A stretch of 54,061 nt of DNA from a virus. Lineage: Duplodnaviria > Caudoviricetes. A program made the translations under genes and the position numbers. This document shows, piece after piece, positions 48,484 to 54,061 of the stretch. Under the pieces are notes generated by a model. It was not told where the DNA came from. It saw only the letters and a list, made by a program, of their open reading frames with translations, and did not search any database. Positions within the stretch are counted from its first letter, which is position 1; each line of letters begins with the position of its first letter. The stretch covers positions 1 through 54,061 of the IMG/VR virus record IMGVR_UViG_3300041809_003422, one strand, 5' to 3'.

Positions 48484-48998
48484 TGCAGCGATTCGAGACC
48501 GGCAGCCGACAATACGTCGCGACGCCATACACCGACTATCCCGATCACGACTGGGCGTGGCGCGACGCATGCCGAGCCTGCGCGGCGCTCCGTCGCCAAT
48601 TCCCCGGCGTAACCTTCTATAGCCCCATCGCCGAGACGCACGGCATCATCGCCATCGGCGCTCTCAACCTCAAGCACGCCGAGTGGCTGGCGGCCGACAA
48701 GGCGCACGCCGACGTCTCGGACGGCCTGGTCGTCGTCAAGCTGCCGGGCTGGCACAAGAGCAATGGTGTCGACCAGGAGATCACGTGGTTCTTGGAGACC
48801 GGGAAGCCGGTCGTCTACGCGGTGCCGGTGATCTCTGACGATCAGGCGGCGGCCGACGACCACACCGACCCGACGCATTTCGCGCTCAAGCACGCCGGAT
48901 TCGTCGAAGAACTCCTCTACCACCGCCCGTCGTTCTGCCTGGACGCGATGACGGAGGCGGTGTGTGCGCCGCCGCGCACGGCGCAGGAGGCCGCATGA
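48483..48998 (+). CDS. DUF1937 / nucleoside deoxyribosyltransferase-like protein
   Basis: YVATPYT, YSPIAETH, LPGWHKSNGVDQEI. Confidence 0.8.
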   Translation: MQRFETGSRQYVATPYTDYPDHDWAWRDACRACAALRRQFPGVTFYSPIAETHGIIAIGALNLKHAEWLAADKAHADVSDGLVVVKLPGWHKSNGVDQEITWFLETGKPVVYAVPVISDDQAAADDHTDPTHFALKHAGFVEELLYHRPSFCLDAMTEAVCAPPRTAQEAA

Positions 48999-49312
48999 GC
49001 GGAATCCGCCCCTTCACCGTCGACGACTGCCTGAGGGCTGTCGACGCCGTCGCATCGTGGTCGCCGAACCCATCGAGGAAGACCGGCTGCGTCGTCATGC
49101 TCAAAGACGGCATCAGCCTGTGGGGTTCCGTCTGGGTGATGCGCTGGTTTCCTTGCGTCGAGTGCGCTCGGGCGATCGCCGGCGTCCACGCCCTCAGTCT
49201 CATCTGCTCGGAGCCTGATTGGAGTGAGGCGCGCTACCACTTCCGCGAGGCGCGCACGATCCTCGAAGAGGCGGGCGTCAAGATCAAGTTCCTGGAGAAG
49301 CAAGCGTCATAG
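48995..49312 (+). pseudogene. dCMP deaminase remnant with internal in-frame deletion
   Basis: SPNPSRKTGCV and FPCVECARAI present, GxNG/HAE segment absent. Confidence 0.65.
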
Positions 49313-49323
49313 GAGGGCGTGTC

Positions 49324-49491
49324 ATGCATTGGTTCATCGCTGCATTGCTACTGATCGCCGCCATTCTGGCGTTCGGATTCGCCGCTTTGGCTGGGGCCGA
49401 TCCGGAAGGGCGCGGCGGCATGTACATGCTCTGCGGGTTCGGAGGAATGGTCGTGTTCTTCATCGGCGCCATCGTGGCCGCATGCTGGTGA
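49324..49491 (+). CDS. 55-aa two-TM protein
   Basis: AGGAGG RBS, two hydrophobic segments, TGATG overlap. Confidence 0.65.
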   Translation: MHWFIAALLLIAAILAFGFAALAGADPEGRGGMYMLCGFGGMVVFFIGAIVAACW

Positions 49492-50111
49492 TGGCCATGA
49501 GCAAGTTCAATCCGAACGACTCGATCGGCGCGAAATCGAACGCCGAAATCGCCGCATATCTGCGAGAGATCGGTGATCCGGACGCGACTGATTTCGAGCC
49601 TACTGACCTCGCCCGCTACGGATTCGCGCCCGGCATGTACATCCACACGCACTGCCGGGACTGCGGTGACGAGTTTTGGGCCGACAAGCGCGCATGGCGC
49701 TGCCAGCGCTGCGCCCAATCAATCTCCGATAAGCTCGCGCGACTCCCACACTACATCGCGATCTGCGGCCATCCCGGCTCCGGCAAGAGCACCGTGCAGG
49801 CGATGCTGGCGTCGCACTGGCACATCCAGGCCGTCGACGACGGCGCTGCCTGCCGGGCGATCGGCAGGGCGCACTTCGGCCTCACCATGCACCAGGTCGA
49901 GACGCAGGACGGCAAGGCCGAGGTCGTCGAGGTCAACGGGGATTCCCTGATCGTGCGCGACGTCCTTGGGCGGATCGCGCGCGGCCTGGAGAGCGAGTTC
50001 GGACCCTGGACGATGCCCTGGCTGGCGACGCGCGGGCTCGACCCGCAAGGGCACTATTCGTTCGCCAGCGTCCGCCGCGACCAGGGCGAATTCTACCACG
50101 GGATCGCATGA
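49491..50111 (+). CDS. Zn-ribbon plus dNMP kinase-like P-loop protein, possibly truncated
   Basis: CRDC...CQRC; IAICGHPGSGKST; ends soon after SVRRDQ. Confidence 0.7.
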   Translation: MAMSKFNPNDSIGAKSNAEIAAYLREIGDPDATDFEPTDLARYGFAPGMYIHTHCRDCGDEFWADKRAWRCQRCAQSISDKLARLPHYIAICGHPGSGKSTVQAMLASHWHIQAVDDGAACRAIGRAHFGLTMHQVETQDGKAEVVEVNGDSLIVRDVLGRIARGLESEFGPWTMPWLATRGLDPQGHYSFASVRRDQGEFYHGIA

Positions 50112-50305
50112 AGCACCAGCGCTCCTCTTCCCCCAAGCCCCCTCCGAACACGCCGTCGGTCAACGATCGCGTGCGCCTGCGGGGGCGCGGCGGTAGGGGA
50201 ACGCTGACGTACGTGAGCAATCGGCTGTGGGCGTTCGTTGACTGGGACGCCGCGACGCCAGGCCCGAATATCGTGCACCTGTTCGAACTGGAGGCGGAAC
50301 GATGA
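50108..50305 (+). CDS. Small SH3-like hypothetical protein
   Basis: ATGA overlaps at both ends. Confidence 0.6.
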   Translation: MKHQRSSSPKPPPNTPSVNDRVRLRGRGGRGTLTYVSNRLWAFVDWDAATPGPNIVHLFELEAER

Positions 50306-50670
50306 CCAACGAAGTCTTAAAGACAGGGCGCGTGTGGCACTACACGGATGAGAAGACTGGAGACGTGAAGGAGATGAAGGAGACCTGCACGCTTCTGCTC
50401 AGCCAGGCGATGCACGACGTTATCGAGGCGCGCATCAACCAGATATTCAAGCACGGCTACACGCCTCAGCACGACGCCAAACTCAAAGACGGCGAACTGG
50501 CGCGCGCCGGCGCCTGCTATGCGCTCAAGGGCGCCGACGCCGAAATCCAGTTCGGACAATGGCCGTGGGCTGACGACGTGTGGGAGCCGAAGGACCGCCG
50601 CACCAACTTGGTCAATGCGGCGGCGCTGATCGTTGCCGAGATCGAGAAGATGGACCACAAGGCGGCCTGA
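50302..50670 (+). CDS. Conserved phage protein
   Basis: GYTPQHD, GELARAGACYA, WPW, LVNAAALIVAEIE motifs common in phage proteins. Confidence 0.8.
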   Translation: MTNEVLKTGRVWHYTDEKTGDVKEMKETCTLLLSQAMHDVIEARINQIFKHGYTPQHDAKLKDGELARAGACYALKGADAEIQFGQWPWADDVWEPKDRRTNLVNAAALIVAEIEKMDHKAA

Positions 50671-52647
50671 TCACGACACCCGCCGCATCTCTGACTGATA
50701 CGGGCTATCGTAGTCTTCCTCGTCGTCGTATTCCGTCGTCGGGAACGGCGGTCGCGCCGGCCGATTGATCAGCGCGTCGACCTCGCCGCCGTCCAGGTAT
50801 CGCTGCTCGATCAGCGCCTCAGCGACGCGCTCGATCTCGTCGCGATGGCGCTTGACCAGGCGCGCCGCCCGCTCGGCACACGCGTCCAACATCGCCTCGA
50901 CCTCAGCCACGACCGTCGGCGTCCGGATTGCGATCTCCGGCGACAGATGGACGAGGCTGGCGCCGACGCCGCCGCGTGAGATCGCCGCCACGGCCATCGT
51001 CGTCGCAGTCTCCAGGTCGCCATGTGCGCCGACCGACGGCTCGCCCCTAAACTCGATCTCCGCCGCACGGCCGGCCAGCAGCCCGACGATGCGCGTCTCG
51101 ACGTCGGCGCGCGTCGCGATCAGCGATCCAACGTCGATACATGCGTGCAGCCGGTCTAGGTCAACGTAATCCAGCTTGATCCGCAGCCGACGCGCGATGA
51201 CGGCGTGAGCCGCCTCATGGAGCGATATCCACTGCTCGTCGCCAGCCGGCTGTCGCTGGACCGCCGCGCGCGCCACGGCGGCGACATCGCCAGGCGTGAC
51301 AGGTCGACCGGCCCGGCGCGCCGCCCGGCGGGCGTCCCTGGCCGCCTGAGCGATCTCCGCCGGAGACTTGCCACGGCAGGCGCGCGCCGCCGCAACTAGG
51401 TCGTCGTTGGCCGCCGGCGCGCCCAGGTGGTGGCGGATCACGCCAGCCAGATCGGGGATCGTCGGCGTCGGGATGACGATATGGCGGTCGAGGCGGCCGG
51501 GGCGCAGCAGCGCAGGGTCGACGTGCTCGGGGCGGTTAGTCGCCGCGACTACGACGACGCCCTGGCGCGGCTCCGCGCCGTCGAGGAAGGCGAGCCACGC
51601 ATTTATGATCGCGCCGAACCATGAATCGTTGTGCGCGTTGGCTCCGCGCGCGCCGATGCTGTCGATCTCATCAACGAAGACGATGAGCGGGCCGTGCGTC
51701 GCCTGCTGACGCCAGGTCGCGAAATGATTCCGCAGTCCGCGCATCATCGCGTCCCCGTTGCTGCCGCCGTCTTGCCAATCGGTGTAGGTCGTGACGACGA
51801 TCGGCACGCGGCACTCGGCGGCCAACGCGCGAGCAAAGAACGTCTTGCCGCAGCCCGGCGGGCCGCTCAGCAGCACGCCACAGTCGACGTCGGCCCATGC
51901 GATCTCGCCCTGTCGATATGCGTGAAGGTCCTCGGCCAGGCGCAAGCCCCAGTCCCTTGCGGCGCCGTAGCCCGACAGATCGCGCAGGCGGGGGTGAAGC
52001 AGCTTAGGCTTGCCGTCCTTCTGGTCGACTGGCTCGGCAGCCGGCGGCGGCGCGGCCGCCTTGTCGCGATCGGCGACCCGCTGGTCGGCCAGGCGGCGAA
52101 GCTTCGCCAGCGTGTCGCCGATCGGCGCCCGCACGTTGACGAGGTTGATGACGTCGCGCACGACCAGGACGTCGCCGTAGCTGCCGGCGGCGTCTGCATC
52201 GTAGGTCAGTCGCATCAGGTCGGCGATCTGCGCGTCGGTGAGGACCTCCGGCAGGACGATCAGGGACACCGCCGAGCGCGGATAGGACTTGGGGATGCCC
52301 TGGTCGGGGTCGCCGACGTGCACGACGGCAGCGCCGGCGCCCATGGCCTGGACGATCGCCTTCTCGACTTCGGCAGGTTTGGCCCAGTCGTCGACGAAGA
52401 CGATCTCGTCCTCGCCGGCCGGCGCGCCGACGCCGCGCGTCTCCAGCGGCTCGATCGTCTCGGCCACCAGGTCCTTGACGTCCTCATTGATATGAATCGA
52501 CGGCGTGATCAGGTCGAAAACGCTATGCTTGAACGTCGTCTCGGTCACGCCGGCGGCGTCGAGCAGAACGGCGGCGACGGCGCGCGTCGTCGGGCACCAG
52601 CCGCGCTGCGCTGTCGTGCGCGCGGCGAAATCGAAGAATTGGGGCAA
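50671..52647 (-). CDS. Soluble FtsH-like AAA+ ATPase / M41 metalloprotease
   Basis: GPPGCGKT, VFVDEID, ATNRPEHVDPALLRPGRLD, HEAAH, LLAGRAAE, GAHGDL; no TM. Confidence 0.92.
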   Translation of the reverse strand: MPQFFDFAARTTAQRGWCPTTRAVAAVLLDAAGVTETTFKHSVFDLITPSIHINEDVKDLVAETIEPLETRGVGAPAGEDEIVFVDDWAKPAEVEKAIVQAMGAGAAVVHVGDPDQGIPKSYPRSAVSLIVLPEVLTDAQIADLMRLTYDADAAGSYGDVLVVRDVINLVNVRAPIGDTLAKLRRLADQRVADRDKAAAPPPAAEPVDQKDGKPKLLHPRLRDLSGYGAARDWGLRLAEDLHAYRQGEIAWADVDCGVLLSGPPGCGKTFFARALAAECRVPIVVTTYTDWQDGGSNGDAMMRGLRNHFATWRQQATHGPLIVFVDEIDSIGARGANAHNDSWFGAIINAWLAFLDGAEPRQGVVVVAATNRPEHVDPALLRPGRLDRHIVIPTPTIPDLAGVIRHHLGAPAANDDLVAAARACRGKSPAEIAQAARDARRAARRAGRPVTPGDVAAVARAAVQRQPAGDEQWISLHEAAHAVIARRLRIKLDYVDLDRLHACIDVGSLIATRADVETRIVGLLAGRAAEIEFRGEPSVGAHGDLETATTMAVAAISRGGVGASLVHLSPEIAIRTPTVVAEVEAMLDACAERAARLVKRHRDEIERVAEALIEQRYLDGGEVDALINRPARPPFPTTEYDDEEDYDSPYQSEMRRVS

Positions 52648-52774
52648 GGGAGCCTCCTCGGGCTGGAGGCGTTGATAGCAGGCGCGAGTTGCTCGGGATC
52701 TAATTTGAACGAAGAAATCAGGGGTATTGCAAGGATTCTCTGATAGACGCAGCGTCCCAAACCAGGAGAAGCCT

Positions 52775-53086
52775 GTGTCTGCTGCCTGCTATTCCGTCCG
52801 CATCCCCGCCGGCTATGTCGACGACGTCTGCCTCGGCGACGATGCGCCGTCGCTCGCGGTGATCAAGCGCCGCCCCGAGAAGAGTCACGCCAGATGGACG
52901 CGCGACGAGGCCGAGGCGATGCGCGACTTGCTGTGCGGCCTGCGGCTCGGAGACGCCGAGATCGTGATCCGCGTCAGGCCGGAGTCCAGCTACGCCGACG
53001 AGGGCGACGAGCCGCCGTTCAGCGTCAGCAGCGGCCACCGTCCGAAGAATTGTCGATTTTTCGGACAACCCGTTCATGCAATGTAA
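52775..53086 (+). CDS. Hypothetical protein
   Basis: AGGAG RBS before GTG at 52775. Confidence 0.45.
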   Translation: MSAACYSVRIPAGYVDDVCLGDDAPSLAVIKRRPEKSHARWTRDEAEAMRDLLCGLRLGDAEIVIRVRPESSYADEGDEPPFSVSSGHRPKNCRFFGQPVHAM

Positions 53087-53452
53087 ATGTGGACGAATCG
53101 GTCATCTTCTGACCGATTCGCGAATAATTTACAGCCGGTAAGAATTTGGGACATGGTGCTTCGGCTCTCTGAAATCCAAGCGATCGGCGTCATCGCTTGG
53201 ATTGAACGCCAAAAGCGACGCCGAAATTTCAGGTTCTTTGCCGCCGGCGTCTCAGCTCCAAATTTTGCACGACAGCTCCAAAATCTTCACAGATCGGCTC
53301 TTCGGTGCCAAAATCTCCTCGGACGTATCACAATTGGTAGCGCATTTTGTGAAACGGTTTCCCGTTGTCATTCCGCCTTTAACGTATTGATAACCAATCC
53401 TCCTGAATCGTCGCGGTTGTCACCCAAGGTCTTGACGGTATTAGCAGCCAAT

Positions 53453-53501
53453 CTGACTTTTAATCAGGGGGTCGTGGGTTCGAGTCCCACCGCGCTCACC
53501 A
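53453..53501 (+). other. 3' half of tRNA-Lys(TTT), probable att core
   Basis: CTGACTTTTAATCAG anticodon arm, GTGGGTTCGAGTCCCAC T-arm, CGCGCTCACCA; no 5' acceptor/D-arm. Confidence 0.88.
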
Positions 53502-53715
53502 AAGACAATAGAAATTTCAATAAGTTGCGTTAATTACGCTTGCAATGTGTTTGAAATTTCCTTGCGATTTTCGAAATGGTTGTCAAAATTGACTATTTGG
53601 AGCCGGTTTCGCTCCATCCCGCGCGTTTGAATTGACCTCCAGCCAGGTCGTCGCATGGTTGCGCCGCGGGTGCAGGCTAGCTAGTGCGGGGTGAATGAGG
53701 GCGCGGGGGCGTCTG

Positions 53716-54061
53716 ATGACCAATTCAGAAGGACTCGCGGCGAGTTCGAAGGTTATGTACGCGCTTACAATGCTGGTGGCTCTCGCGTTCATCGGTTGGC
53801 GCCCCGACGAGCAGCAGAAGGCTGAATTCGAAAAACACTAATCTGCTTTGCAAAATGGAGAAGGTCTGCTCAAGCTATCCGGACGTAAGGGACGTGTGCG
53901 CGACTGCCGGCAGCTTCGATAAGTGCATGGAGGTCAAATACGGAACGCGGGAAAAATACGACGCGACGAAGCTGGCCTGCACAAACGACGGCAAAATCCA
54001 GATCGACGAGTCAAAGATTCCCGGCACGTTTTCGTGTTGGGTCGCATGGATCAAGGGGTAG
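53716..54061 (+). pseudogene. Frameshifted paralog of the 2095-2469 gene, outside the att
   Basis: Near-identical 3' ~260 bp; one extra base in the A-run near 53831-53835 gives a premature TAA. Confidence 0.8.

Larger units (their letters stand above)
1..53501. mobile_element. Temperate prophage, lambda-like head and long non-contractile tail, probably integrated in tRNA-Lys(TTT)
   Basis: int/xis at left, complete head-tail-lysis modules, tRNA 3' fragment at right; left boundary lies outside the window. Confidence 0.93.

Noticed and set aside
53430-53501. Complete tRNA-Lys gene
   Set aside because: 5' acceptor strand and D-arm are absent
53087-53533. 148-aa ORF
   Set aside because: Runs through the att/tRNA fragment in atypical low-GC sequence, no RBS
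53780-54061. Template/variable repeat pair of a diversity-generating retroelement (with ~2200-2469)
   Set aside because: Differences are mostly synonymous and not adenine-specific; no reverse transcriptase seen
2095-54061. Duplicated gene as terminal repeat or att pair
   Set aside because: Copies are diverged, would exclude int/xis, and the tRNA fragment is a better att

Overview
A nearly complete ~53.5 kb temperate siphovirus-like prophage of a high-GC alphaproteobacterium (host inferred from gene content). A tyrosine integrase and excisionase sit at the left end. A 3' tRNA-Lys(TTT) fragment at 53453-53501 is the likely right att; the left att is not in the window. The leftward early operon includes a DEDD exonuclease and a GcrA-family regulator, followed by rightward small early genes and a divergent Rep_3-like initiator next to an AT-rich region. 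The head module is lambda-like (Nu1, gpA, gpW, portal, protease, gpD, gpE), followed by fibre genes and a non-contractile tail with a -1 frameshift chaperone. A 1257-aa primase-polymerase/helicase, RuvC-like resolvase, lysis genes, a T5 A1-like phosphoesterase, decayed nucleotide-metabolism genes and a soluble FtsH-like protease complete the element. The strongest unexplained signal is an apparent methylation-reading regulatory circuit. It consists of the phage GcrA homolog, 11 exact copies of the GANTC-containing 10-mer GAGTGATTCG, and a family of TTGAC-TTTGCG promoters that appear to drive leaderless mRNAs and a terminator-gated late leader. All calls are by eye; no database searches were run.
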